64,000 nt of DNA from Mobula hypostoma (GCF_963921235.1 NC_086106.1:18910001-18974000); one strand, 5' to 3'; counted from the stretch's first letter, positions 11,548 through 24,047 are shown. Translations and numbers: made by a program. The notes: generated from the letters alone by a model not told the origin.

Positions 11548-13885
11548 AACCAGAAACACAAGAGATTCTACAGATGCTGGAAATCTTGAACAACACACAC
11601 CAAGTGCTGGAGGAATTCGGCAAGTCAGGCAGCATCTATGAAGGGGAATAAACAGTCTATCTTTCGAGCTGAGAGCCTTCCCTGATATTGGGAAGGAAGT
11701 GGGCAGAAGCCAGAATAAGAAGGTGGGTGGAGTAGAGAGGAATACATTCTGTCAGATGAGAGGTGAGACCAGGTGGGGGGGAAAGTGTGTAGATGGAGGA
11801 GGGGGTATGAATTAAGAAGTTGGTAGGGGATCAGTGGAAGAGATAAATGGCGAAGCAGAAGGAATCAGATTGGACAGTGGACCATGGAGGAAAGTGTTCA
11901 GGAGGAGGGGAACCAAATGGAGATGATGGACAGGTGAGGAGAAGTGAAGGGATGAGGGTGTACCTAGTATGGGGAAGAGAAAAAAAGAGAATAAAGGAGT
12001 GGGAGGGGGAGGGGTTGGTGAGATTACAGAATTTTGCAGAAATAAGTATTCACGTCATCAAGTTGGCAGATATCTGGGTAGAATATGAAGTGTTGCTACT
12101 CCAACCTGACTCTGGCCTCTCTGGAGCAGTGGAGGAGGCCATGGACAGACATGTCAGAATGGGAATGGGTAGACAAACTGACCGGAAGGATAATGGAATG
12201 TTGAAATGTGGAGGGGCGAGGTAGTTAGTTTGAATCATGTGTATTCTTCTCTCTCTGTAAAACCTCAATCCCAATGGATACCAGGGCCAGGTCTGGAACC
12301 CAGTAAATGGATTGTAGTAAAATTCATTGACGAATTGTATACACGTGTTCCGCTTGCAAGGATAAGTGCCAGGTGGGAGATCAGTGGGGAGGGATGAATG
12401 GATAAGGGAGTTGTGTAGGGTGCAATCGCTGTGGAAAGCAGAAAGTGGGTGGGGGGGGGAGTGGAAGGAATGATGTGCTTGGTGGTGGGATCCTGGTAGA
12501 CGTGGCAGAAGTTACAGAAAATTATGTGCTGGATGCAGAGTCTGGTGGGGTGGTAGGTGATGACAAGAGGAACCCTATCACTGGTCAGGTACTGGGAGGA
12601 TGGGTTAAGAGCAGACATGCATAAAATAGAAGCAATGCGGTTGATGGCAACATTGATGGTGGAGGAGAGGAAGCCCCTTTGAAAAAGGAGGACATCTCCT
12701 TCATTCTGGAATGAAACACCTCACACTGAGAGCAGATGCAGGGGAGATGGAGGAATTGAGAGAAGGGGATGGCGTTTTTACAAGTAACAGGGTGGGAAGA
12801 GGTATAGTCCAGATAGCTGTGAGAGTCTGTGGGTTGATAATAGACATCAGTGGATAAGCTGTCTCCAGAGATCAAGAAAGTGGAAGGAGGTGTCAGAAAT
12901 CGACCAGGTAAATTTGAGGTCTGGGTGGAAGTTGGAGGCAAAGTGGATGAATTTGAAGAGTTCAGCATGGGTGCAGGAAGCAGCACCAATGTAGTTACCG
13001 ATGTAGTGTAGAAGAAGTATGGGACGGTCACTAGTGTAGGCTTGGAACATAGACTGTTCCACATAGCCAACAAACAGGCCGGCGTAGTGCCCATGGCTAC
13101 CTCTGCCCATCGTGTACAAGTGCTGTCTCCTCCCTCACTACCATTTATGGCCGTAAACAGTCCTTCTAGGTGAGGTGACACTTTACCTGCGAGTCTGTTG
13201 GGGTCAAACACTGTGTTCAGTGTTCCCAGTGTTGCCTCCTTTATATCAGTGAGACCCGACATAGATTGGAAGACCGCTTCGCTGAGCACCCATGTTCTAT
13301 CCACCAGAAAAAGCAAGATCTCCCAGTGGCCACCCATTTTAATTCCACTTCCCATTCCCATTCCGATATGTCAATCCATGGCCTCCTCCACTGTCGTGAT
13401 CAGGCCATACTTAGGTTGGAGGAATAACACTTTTTATTCCGTCTGGGTAGCCTCCAACCTGATGGCATGAGCATTGATTTCTCAAACACCTGGTAATGCC
13501 CCCACCAACCCCCCTTCACCATTTCCCAACCTCTTTTCCCTCCCTCACCTTATCTCCTTGCCTACCCATCGCCTCTCTCTGGTGCTGCTCCCCCCTTTTC
13601 TTTCTTCCATGGACTTCTGTCTCTTTCACTGATCAATTTCCCAGCTCTTTTCTTCATCCTTCCCCCTCCAGGTTTCACCTATCACCTTGTGTTTCTCTCT
13701 CCCCTTCCCCCTGCTATTAAATCTGCTCCTCAGCATTTTTTCTCTAGTCCTGCTGAAAGGTTTCAGCCCAAAATATTGACTGCACTGTTTTCCATAGATG
13801 CTGCCTGGTCTGCTGAGTTCCTCCAGCATTTTGCGTGTTTCGCTCGGATTTCCAGCATCTGCAGATTTTCTCTTATTTGTGATAT
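11548..13885. mobile_element. Penelope-like element as two diverging (inverted) segments
   Basis: Minus-strand RT motifs (YAGLFVGYVEQ, HPDLKFTWSISDTS, TDSHSYLDYTSSHP) at ~12270-13130; plus-strand GIY-YIG-like region and 3' UTR at ~13180-13885; related terminal sequence at both outer ends. Confidence 0.75.
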
Positions 13886-13904
13886 TTGTGACCCCATACT
13901 GTTA

Positions 13905-16333
13905 GGGGTCTAGATGGTTTAGAGTTTGTAAAATGTGTTCAGGAAAGTTTTCTAAATCAGTATATAGAGGGACCAACTAGAGGGGATGCAATATTGGATC
14001 TCCTGTTAGGAAATGAATTAGGACAAGTGACAGAAGTCTGTGTAGGGGAGCACTTTGGTTCCAGTGATCATAACACCATTAGTTTCAATTTGATCATGGA
14101 CAAGGATAGATCTGGTCCTAGGGTTGAGGTTCTGAACTGGAAGAAGGCCAAATTTGAAGAAATGAGAAAGGATCTAAAAAGCGTGGATTGGGACAGGTTG
14201 TTCTCTGGGAAAGATGTGATTGGTAGGTGGGAAGCCTTCAAAGGGGAAATTTTGAGAGTGCAGAGTTTGTATGTTCCTGTCAGGATTAAAGGCAAATTGA
14301 ATAGGAATAAGGAACCTTGGTTCTCAAGGGATATTGCAACTCTGATAAAGAAGAAGAGGGAGTTGTATGAAATGTATAGGAAACAGGGGGTAAATCAGGT
14401 GCTTGAGGAGTATAAGAAGTGCAAGAAAATACTTAAGAAAGAAATCAGGAGCGCAAACAGAAGACATGAGGTTGCCTTGGCAGTCAAAGTGAAGGGTAAT
14501 CCAAAGAGCTTTTACAAGTATATTAAGAGCAAAAGGATTGAAAGGGATAAAATTGGTCCTCTTGAAGATCAGAATGGTCGGCTTTGTGCGGAACCAAAGG
14601 AAATGGGGAAGATCTTAAATAGGTTTTTTGCGTCTGTATTTACTAAGGAAGCTGGCATGAAATCTATGGAATTGAGGGAATCAAGTAGTGAGACCATGGA
14701 AACTGTACAGATTGAAAAGGAGGAGGTGCTTGCTATCTTGAGGAAAATTAAAGTGGATAAATCCCCGGGACCTGACAGAGTGTTCCCTCGGACCTTGAAG
14801 GAGACTAGTGTTGAAAGTGCGGGGGCCCTGGCAGAAATATTTAAAATGTCGCTGTTTACGGGTGAAGTGCCGGAGGATTGGAGAGTGGCTCATGTTGTTC
14901 TGTTGTTTAAAAAAGGATCAAAAAGTAATCCGGGAAATTATAGGCCCGTGAGTTTAACGTCAGTAGTAGGTAAGTTATTGGAGGGAGTACTAAGAGACAG
15001 AATCTACAAGCATTTGGATAGACAGGGGCTTATTAGGGAGAGTCAACATGGCTTTGTGCGTGGTAGGTCATGTTTGACCAATCTGTTGGAGTTTTTTGAG
15101 GAGGTTACCAGGAAAGTGGATGAAGGGAAGGCAGTGGATATTGTCTACATGGACTTCAGTAAGGCCCTTGACAAGGTCCCGCATGGGAGGTTAGTTAGGA
15201 AAATTCAGTTGCCAGGTATACATGGAGAGGTGGTAAATTGGATTAGACATTGGCTCGATGGAAGAAGCCAGAGAGTGGTGGTAGAGAATTGCTTCTCTGA
15301 GTGGAGGCCTGTGACTAGTGGTGTGCCACAGGGATCAGTGCTGGGTCCATTGTTATTTGTCATCTATATCAATGATCTGGATGATAATGTGGTAAATTGG
15401 ATCAGCAAGTTTGCTGATGATACAAAGATTGGAGGTGTAGTAGACAGTGAGGAAGGTTTTCAGAGCCTGCAGAGGGACTTGGACCAGCTGGAAAAATGGG
15501 CTGAAAAATGACAGATGGAGTTTAATACTGACAAGTGTAAGGTATTGCACGTTGGAAGGACAAACCAACGTAGAACATACAGGGTTAATGGTAAGGCACT
15601 GAGGAGTGCAGTGGAACAGAGGGATCTGGGAATACAGATACAAAATTCCCTAAAAGTGTCGTCACAGGTAGGTAGGGTCGTAAAGAGAGCTTTTGGTACA
15701 TTGGCCTTTATTAATCAAAGTATCGAGTATAAGAGCTGGAATATTATGATGAGGTTGTATAAGGCATTGGTGAGGCCGAATCTGGAGTATTGTGTTCAGT
15801 TTTGGTCACCGAATTACAGGAAGGATGTAAATAAGGTTGAAAGAATACAGAGATGGTTTACAAGGATGTTGCCGGGACTTGAGAAACTCAGTTACAGAGA
15901 AAGGTTGAATAGGTTAGGATTTTATTCCTTGGGGTGTAGAAGAATGAGGGGAGATTTGATAGAGGTATATAAAATTATGATGGGTATAGATAGAGTGAAT
16001 GCAAGCAGGCTTTTTCTACTGAGGCAAGGGGAGAAAAAAACCAGAGGACATGGGTTAAGGGTGAGGGGGGAAAAGTTTAAAGGGAACATTAGTGGGGGCT
16101 TCTTCACACAGAGAGTGGTGGGAGTATGGAATGAGCTGCCAGACGAGGTGGTAAATGCGGGTTCTTTTTTAACATTTAAAAATAAATTGGACAGATACAT
16201 GGATGGGAGGTGTATGGAGGGATATGGTCCGTGTGCAGGTCAGTGGGACTAGGCAGAAAATGGTTCGGCACAGCCAAGAAGGGCCAAAGGGCCTGTTTCG
16301 GTGCTCAAGTTTCTATGGTTCTATGGTTCTATA
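13905..16333 (+). mobile_element. CR1 LINE ORF2, nearly open (one W-to-stop at 15509-15511)
   Basis: 505 aa and 245 aa ORFs in the same frame with full RT motifs; TTCTATGG tail. Confidence 0.95.
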
Positions 16334-16713
16334 TCTTATCTTTTGTTTAAAATAATAAACCTATAATACACTTAAAACATGATTCACAACCAGAAATAAC
16401 TCGTAATTAATTACCTTCCTGACACACCAGGCCAAGAATACCCAGTCAGATGAATGGGAAATGTGATCCTTTGTCAGGTCCGGCCTGTGAGGGAAATGTG
16501 GAGGTGGATTTCCCAGTGTTACCCTGGGAATTCCAGCAGGACCCGGTGTCATGTGTTACAGTGTGGTAACAGCTCTGGAGGCATCTGTCACTGAGTAAAT
16601 CCTGGGGTACAGTGGTCTGTGGAACTCTGTGACTGACTCCAGTGTAAGTGGCTGAACACTGATTATCACCTTCAGATTGCCAGCCACAACCAGCACCATT
16701 TCACCCACAGTAT

Positions 16714-18975
16714 CATAAGACCATAAGACAAAGGAGCAGAAGTAGGCCATTCGGCCCATCGAGTCTGCTCCACCATTTTATCATGAGCTGATCCATTCTC
16801 CTATTTAGTCCCACTCCCCCGCCTTCTCACCATAACCTTTGATGTCCTGGCTACTCAGATACCTATCAATCTCTACCTTAAATACACCCAATGACTTGGC
16901 CTCCACTGCTGCCCGTGGCAACAAATTCCATAGATTCACCACCCTCTGACTAAAAAAATTTCTTCGCTTTTCTGTTCTGAATGGGCGCCCTTGAATCCTT
17001 AAGTCATGCCCTCTCGTACTAGACTCCCCCATCATGGGAAACAACTTTGCCACATCCACTCTGTCCATGCCTTTCAACATTCGAAATATTTCTACGAGGT
17101 CTCCCCTCATTCTTCTAAACCCCAGGGAATACAGTCCAAGAGTGGACAAACGTTCCTCATATGTTAACCCTCTCATTCCCGGAATCATTCTAGTGAATCT
17201 TCTCTGTACCATCTCCAATGTCAGCACATCCTTTCTTAAATAAGGAGACCAAAACTGCCCACAGTACTCCAAGTAAGGTCTCACCAGCGCCTTATAGAGC
17301 CTCAACATCACATCCCTGCTCCTATACTTTATTCCTCTAGAAATGAATGCCAACATTGCATGCGCCTTCTTCACTACTGACTCAACCAGGAGGTTAACTT
17401 TAAGGGTATCCTGTACGAGGACTCCCAAGTCCCGTTGCATCTCAGAACTTTGAATTCTTTCCCCATTTCAATAATAGTCTGCCCGTTTATTTTTTCTGCC
17501 GAAGTGCATAACCATACACTTTCCAACATTGTACTTCATTTGCCACTTCTCTGCTCATTCTTCCAATCTATCCAAGTCTCTCTGCAGACTCTCCATTTCC
17601 TCAGCACTACCGGCCCCTCCACCTATCTTCGTATCGTCAGCAAACTTAGCCACAAAGCCATCTATTCCATAATCCAAATCGTTGATGTACAATGTAAAAA
17701 GAAGCGGCCCCAACACTGACCCCTGTGGAACACCACTGGTAAACAGCAGCCAATCAGAATAGGATCCCTTTATTCCCACTCTCATTTTCCTGCCATTCAA
17801 CCAATGCTCTATCCACGTATGTAACTTTCTCGTAATTCCATGGGCTCTTATCTTGTTAAGTAGTCTCATGTGTGGCACCTTGTCAAAGGCCTTCTGAAAA
17901 TCCAATTATACAACATCCACTGCATCTCCCTTGTCTAGCCTACTGGTAATTTCCTCAAAAAATTGTAATAGGATTGTCAGGCAGGATTTTCCTTTAAGGA
18001 ATCCATGCTGAGTTCTGCCTATCTTGTCATATGCCTCCAGGTACTCTGTAACCTCATCCTTGACAATCGACTCCAACAACTTCACAACCACCAACGTCAA
18101 GCTAACAGGTCTATAATTTCCTTTTTGCTTCCTTGCCCCCTTCTTAAATAATGGAGTGACATTTGCAATCTTCCAGTCTTCCGGAACCATGCCAGAATCT
18201 ATCGACTTTTGAAAGATCATCGCTAATGCCTCCGCAATCTCCACAGCTACTTCCTTCAGAACACCAGGGTGCATTCCATCTGGTCCAGGAGATTTATCTA
18301 CCTTTAGACTATTCAGCTTCCTGAGTACTTTCTCTGTCGTAATTGTGACTGCACACACTTCTCTTCCCTGCCACCCTTGAGTGTCCGGTATACTGCTGAT
18401 GTCTTCCTCAGTGAAGACTGATGCAAAATACTCGTTCAGTTCCTCTGCCATCTCCTTATCTCCCATTACAATCTCTCCAGCATCATTTTCTATTGGTCCT
18501 ATATCTACTCTCACCTGTCTTTTACTCTTTATATACTTGAAAAAGCTTTTAGTATCTTCCTTTCATAGTTAATCTTTTCTCTCTTAATGACCTTCTTCGT
18601 TTCCTTTTGTAAGGTTTTAAAAACTTCCCAATCCTCTGTCTTCCCACTAATTTTTGCTTCCTTGTATGCCCTCTCTTTTGCTTTAACTTTGGCTTTGACT
18701 TCTCTTGTCAACCACGGTTCCATCCTTTCTCCACTCGAAAATTTCTTCTTCTTTGGAATATACCTGTCTTGCACCTTCCTCATTTCTTGCATAAACTCCA
18801 GCCACTGCTGCTCTGCTGTCTTTCCCACCAGTGTCCCTTTCCAGTCAACTTTGGCCAGTTCCTCTCTCATGCCACTGTAATTTCCTTTACTCCACTGAAA
18901 TACCGACACATCAGATTTTGGCTTCTCTTTTTCTAATTTCACAGTGAACTCAATCAACTTATGATCACTGCCTCC
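16714..18975 (-). mobile_element. CR1 LINE ORF2 fragment
   Basis: ORFs 16805-18957 with [21 protein letters not shown] and FADDTKIGG; CATAAGAC tail. Confidence 0.95.
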
Positions 18976-19122
18976 TAAACAGTGTAGTTGCCAGAAATCA
19001 GACTGACAGAGTCTGGTGAAAGGTCACTGATGTGAAACATTAACTCTGTTTCTCACCCACAGATGTTCCCTGAGCTGCTCAGTGTTGGCAGTGCAGGAGG
19101 GACAATAATGTCAGTTGGTGAG

Positions 19123-19165
19123 ATTTGCATCTGAGGATCTTTTACATCTCGGGACCAGCAGGTGG
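19123..19165. promoter_or_regulatory. Candidate J-C intronic enhancer core (octamer plus E-box)
   Basis: Perfect ATTTGCAT at 19123-19130 and CAGCAGGTGG (CAGGTG E-box) at 19156-19165 in a short stretch between TEs. Confidence 0.35.
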
Positions 19166-19231
19166 TAAGTACAGTTCTGTCTGGATCAGTGTCCCTCTGG
19201 GTCTTTACAAAAACACCCATCAAACTGACAG

Positions 19232-20000
19232 CAGGGTGCTGGGGTGAAGAGGGGAACTGGATCTGGGTGGGTCAGAGGGTGCTGGGGTGAAGAGGGGAAC
19301 TGGATCTGGGTGGATGACAGGATGCTGGGTGAAGATGGGAACTGGATCTGGGTGGGTCAGAGGGTGCTGGAGTGAAGAGGGGAACTGGATCTGGGTGGGT
19401 CACAGGGTGCTGGGGTGAAGAGGGGAACTGGATCTGGGTGGGTCACAGGGTGCTGGGGTGAAGAGGGAAACTGGATCTGGGTGTGTCACGGGGTGCTGGG
19501 GTGAATAGGGGAACTGGATCTGGGTGGGTCACAGGGTGCTGGGGTGAATAGGGGAACTGGATCTGGGTGGGTCACAGGGTGCTGGGGTGAAGACGGGTAC
19601 TGGATCTGGGTGGGTCACAGGGTGCTGGGGTGAAGACGGGTACTGGATCTGGGTGGGTCACAGGGTGCTGGGGTGAAGAGGGGAACTGGATCTGGGTGGG
19701 TCACAGGGTGCTGGGGTGAAGAGGGGAACTGGATCTGGGTGGGTCACAGGGTGCTGGGGTGAAGAGGGGAACTGGATCTGGGTGGGTCACAGGGTGCTGG
19801 GGTGAAGAGGGGAACTGGATCTGGGTGGGTCACAGGGTGCTGGGGTGAATAGGGGAACTGGATCTGGGTGGGTCACAGGGTGCTGGGGTGAAGAGGGGAA
19901 CTGGATCTGGGTGGGTCACAAGGGTGCTGGGGTGAAGAGGGGAACTGGATCTGGGTGGGTCACAGGGTGCTGGGGTGAAGAGGGGAACTGGATCTGGGTG
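19232..20000. repeat. 43-bp G-rich minisatellite, ~18 copies
   Basis: Unit CAGGGTGCTGGGGTGAAGAGGGGAACTGGATCTGGGTGGGTCA; consecutive starts at 19403 and 19446. Confidence 0.97.
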
Positions 20001-20689
20001 TGTCGGTATCGTCAAATGGGGGAAACCAGCCTAACCTCCTGGGTCGCCCGGAACCCTCCACCTTGGTTCGGCACGAGCCCCTGCTCGGCCCTTATCCTTA
20101 ACTTTTCCAGCTCAAATTCCCTTTCCCTCTGTTTCTCTCTCTCTTCTCGCTCCCATTGCCTCTCTTTCTCCTCTCTCTCTAACTGTCTCTCTCTCTCTTT
20201 CTCTTCTCTCTCCAACTGTCTTTCTCTCTCTTGCCTTTCTACCTCTTTCTCTTTCTCCCGCCTTTCTAACTCTCTCTCCTGCCTTTCTAACTGCTTCTCT
20301 TCGTGTTCTAACTGCCGTACCCGGAACTCGTGCTCGAGTCTCAGTTTTTCAAGCTGTACCTGTACCGCGTCTCCAGCAGGTTTTTCAATAGACACCACCC
20401 CCAGCTCACTTTGGGGAAACACACCTTTAGATACATAGTGCTCTACAATAGCTCTGTGTATCTCCTCTCTTCTCATTGTCGACTTCACCTTAGCAAGATT
20501 CAACCGTTTGGCCACAGCTAACAACTCCGATTTCCTGGCATCCTCTAATGCCTCCAAGGTCGGCGCCTTTATAAATTCCTCAGCCTCCATTTCTGCTGTT
20601 TGTCTTTTCTTTCTTTCGGGAATTTTAACCCAATCAATTTACTCCGTCCCAAATTTAGCGTTCAAAATCGCGGACGGGAACCCCACTTA
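20001..20689 (-). mobile_element. Gypsy-like LTR retrotransposon internal 5' part (PBS plus gag N-terminus), truncated
   Basis: PBS TGGGGTTCCCGTCCGCGAT (20667-20685, tRNA-Pro-like); ORF 20012-20590 MEAEEFIKAPTLEAL..charged coiled coil..RLVSP. Confidence 0.8.
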
Positions 20690-21543
20690 TGTTACGTACC
20701 CCGTAACTGGGTTGCCAAACCAGCAGAAATGGATCACTCAGTTGGAGTCTGGAGTACTAGAACTAAGAAAGTTTTATTAAAGAAACAAGCAACACAGTGA
20801 TCGAAAGGATAATAAATGCAACAGTTCAGTGATGATAAACACATGTGCACAGAATTAAGATAACAGCATCAATCAAGCTCTATCGTTGTCTAGGGGTAAA
20901 TGACCAAATTTCAAAATGACTCAAAGTTCAGTCCAGTTCAGTTCGCAGTAATCGTTGCCATGGTGATGGACAACGTGGGGGAAGAGAGAGATAGAACAGG
21001 AACAACTGATCATTCAGAACACGGCTTCACTCACAGACCGGCGAGATGGCTCCCAAGCAGCTTTTGGGCGGGTCCTTGGTGATGTCACCTGAGGTCACCG
21101 ACTGTGACCCCTCCTCCAGATGCGGTCGATCCTCTGCAGTGAACCCGGCACCCAGGCAAGGGCGGACACACACCGGGTTCCCGCTGATCGTACCTTTCCA
21201 CCCTGGTCGTTGTCTGATACTTCTCACCCACTCGTGAGAGGCGCACCGCTTCCAGGCTCTCGTTACCTTGGGTGGCGTGTGTGTCTGTCTTAGCGAACCT
21301 GTCCCTTTTTATTCCCCTGCTGGGGTATCGCCTGTCCATCACTTCAAACAGTTCAGGGTTCAAAGGGGGAGCCGCTCTAGACAGCTCTCTCTCTCCCACG
21401 TCCCTTCATTACACATCTCCAGACGCTGCTCCATTGTTCCTTATCTCTCCTTCCCCTGAGGGCAGGTGGCAGACCAACTGCTGATGTCACTGATGCTAAC
21501 CCAGGCCAGCAAACATCTTAATTTTATGTGTATTCTCGTAACA
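20690..21543 (-). mobile_element. 5' LTR of the Gypsy-like element
   Basis: TGTTACG...CGTAACA termini, 854 bp, adjacent PBS; inverted paralog at 62580-63438. Confidence 0.9.
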
Positions 21544-22299
21544 CTACATAACACCTCGTAGGCCTGATTTCATTCTCACAAGTCAATGAATATGTTGTAA
21601 AAAAAAATCACACCCTACTTTGTACATAGTTTTCTTCTTTTGATTTTTCTTTCTTTCCTCTCCTTTCTATAAGTGTATACCTCAGATAAATATTATGTGG
21701 AGATTTGTGACAAATATGACTATATGATATATATGTACAGAATCTGAAATGTATCTGATGGAAAGTTTTGTTTGATGATGAAGTTCAATAAAAATAAATT
21801 ACAAAAAGAAAAGAAATAACACTTGGTTATTTGTACAAAATGATCAATGGTGAATCAGCAGATCGGGGAGACTTTGTCTGATTTTAGTCTGTATTGTAGT
21901 AAGTGGATCGAACATCGGGTAGTATGAACAACTGGTAGGCAATTTGTTTATTCATCCTTTGGGATCTGGGCTTTACCGGTAAAGTCTGAATGAATTACAC
22001 ATATGAGCTGCCATACAGAGGGCATTTGGAGACAAGCACATTGATGGGTCAGGAGTCATAAATAGGCTCAGTGGGTACGATGAAAGATTTCCTTCCCTGA
22101 GGGACATCAGTAAAACTGAAGGGTCATCATTACTAATGACTAGATTTAAAACCAATACCAATTATTAAGATGTTGGAAGTCTGACCACAGATCCAAATCT
22201 GTTGCAGATTATTATGAACTGAGTTTAAATTTGTCAGTTTTGTTGTGGTGGTATCCGTGGACTGTTCATCCATCCCTCTGCACTACTCATCTGCTTTGA

Positions 22300-22565
22300 T
22301 ATACTGCCCTGTTTCCCATCACTCCAAATCCAACCTTGTGCCTGTCCATTGGATCACTGTGTCCACAGTGTCCTGGACAATATTTCTCCTTCAATAACAT
22401 CACCAGAACAGACAGTCTCATTGTTCTCACCTTGCAGTTTGTGGATTCTGCTGTGTGCAGAGTGGCTCCACATTCCCGACTCTACAACAGGGCTGTACTT
22501 TGAAACAACTTCATTGCCTGTGAAGAGCTTGGGGACACCATGAAAGCTGCTCTGTGAATGTCAGC
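22300..22565 (+). mobile_element. Old Deu-domain SINE remnant (SacSINE1/AmnSINE1-like)
   Basis: CAATATTT..CAATAACATCAC..TTTGTGG..CTGTGTGCA..TACAACAG..ACTTCATTG.CTGTGAAG..TTGGGAC resembles the recalled Deu domain and tail. Confidence 0.5.
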
Positions 22566-24047
22566 ACTTTATCTCACAACCACTTTTACTGAATCACCAG
22601 CAACACTGGTTAATGTAGGAAAGCACTTGTTAAACAAACCCAGTTGGGGGATGGAGGAGGGCAAGAAATTAGAGCAGTTGTTCTGTCTGTGAACTGAGAA
22701 TAAGCAGTTCATTTGAACAGTAAAGTTCAACTCGTGTCCCGTGAGCGTGTGATGGGACAGGTTGGGGGAAGACTTACTCTGTGTCTAACCTCTGTTGCCC
22801 CTGCCCTGGGAGGGATGGGACAGTGCAGAAGGATCTTTGTATCTAATCCATGGCTGCCAGCACAGGACATGGGAGCTGTAATCTGCATTTAACTCATGCT
22901 CTGTATACTCTGGGGTGCTTGTTGGAATCCCTTTGAGGAAGAATTTCCCAGATTTACAAGATAAATACTGATTCCATTGAATGACAAAGCAGAGAGTGAG
23001 ACCATTCATCCGATAGTGTCTGTGCTTCCCTTCAGCTGAGCAAACCCAAAAAACCCATTGGTCTCTCTGCTCTTCCCTGTGTCCCGACAAAAGGCGGATC
23101 TCCTCCTGTTCCCTCTCTACACTCACTATTGGCCAATACCATCATTCAGGCAGCGTGTTCCAGATCACAAACGTTCATCAACAAACCTTCCCTTAAATGC
23201 TCCTCTATTACACATTATTGACTTGAACGCTTCCCTCCCCACCCCACCTGCACCACTCCCCACTCCCCCACCCACCAATGCAAGGCTGCCCGGAATGTGT
23301 GAAGGATTGTGATTTCAATTCCCTGCCTTGCCTTTCCTGCACCACTTCCCCACTGCCTTCCCAACTCCAAAATTCTTCCCCACCATACCCCACCTCCTCA
23401 CCCATCAGGGAATAAAGCTAAAACCTTCATCCCATCAATTAATCTGGGATATCGCCGATACTTTTGCGGTATCGCGGGATGGACCTCACGCCGGACATTA
23501 CATGATGGGACTGACACCCACCTGTACGCTGGAGATATTGAGCCATCAACCAGGTCATACATGTGTACACCATTCCCTCAGATTGTCTGAATCCCATTAC
23601 CTTCAACATGAAAGCAGCCGACAGTAAAACCCAATCCCAATAACATGACACTGAACAGAACCATTGTTGTCACTGACAGGGAACAAGTTCAACTGCACTG
23701 AAACGCTCAGCCCCTGAACGTGACTTCAGTTGGTGCTGAGGATCAGAAGCCAGACTTGAACCAAACACTGAGCTCACTCAGCACAATCGGCCGGTGTCAA
23801 GACACAGTCTGGTGACAAGATCCGACCCCATTCCCCTGAGCCTGTTCCCGGTCTGTGGACAGTTCACTGGTGGGTGGGGTATGTACCCTTGTACTGTTAC
23901 TGGGCTCCAGAGAAACCCGCCGGTTCGGGGAGATTCATGTACTTGCGCTAAATATCTCACTGATTTCAGGCGAATCACCGAATTCGCCAAAACCGTAAAT
24001 AAATAAAATACTAGAGCGTGAAGATACAATTGAGAGGTTGGTCTTAC

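Noticed and set aside
11404-11598. Minus-strand ORF as a degenerate CH exon
   Set aside because: No C-x(10-15)-W...Y-x-C pattern in the frames read and no convincing splice sites
19232-20000. CRISPR-like regular repeat
   Set aside because: Head-to-tail units with no unique spacers, in vertebrate DNA with no cas genes
19845-20438. 197-aa plus-strand ORF with repeats
   Set aside because: Product of the minisatellite plus the antisense of the low-complexity gag region
22355-22370. CACTGTG-TC-CACAGTG resembling a RAG signal joint or mini-D
   Set aside because: No nonamer at 12 or 23 bp on either side, and it lies within a SINE remnant
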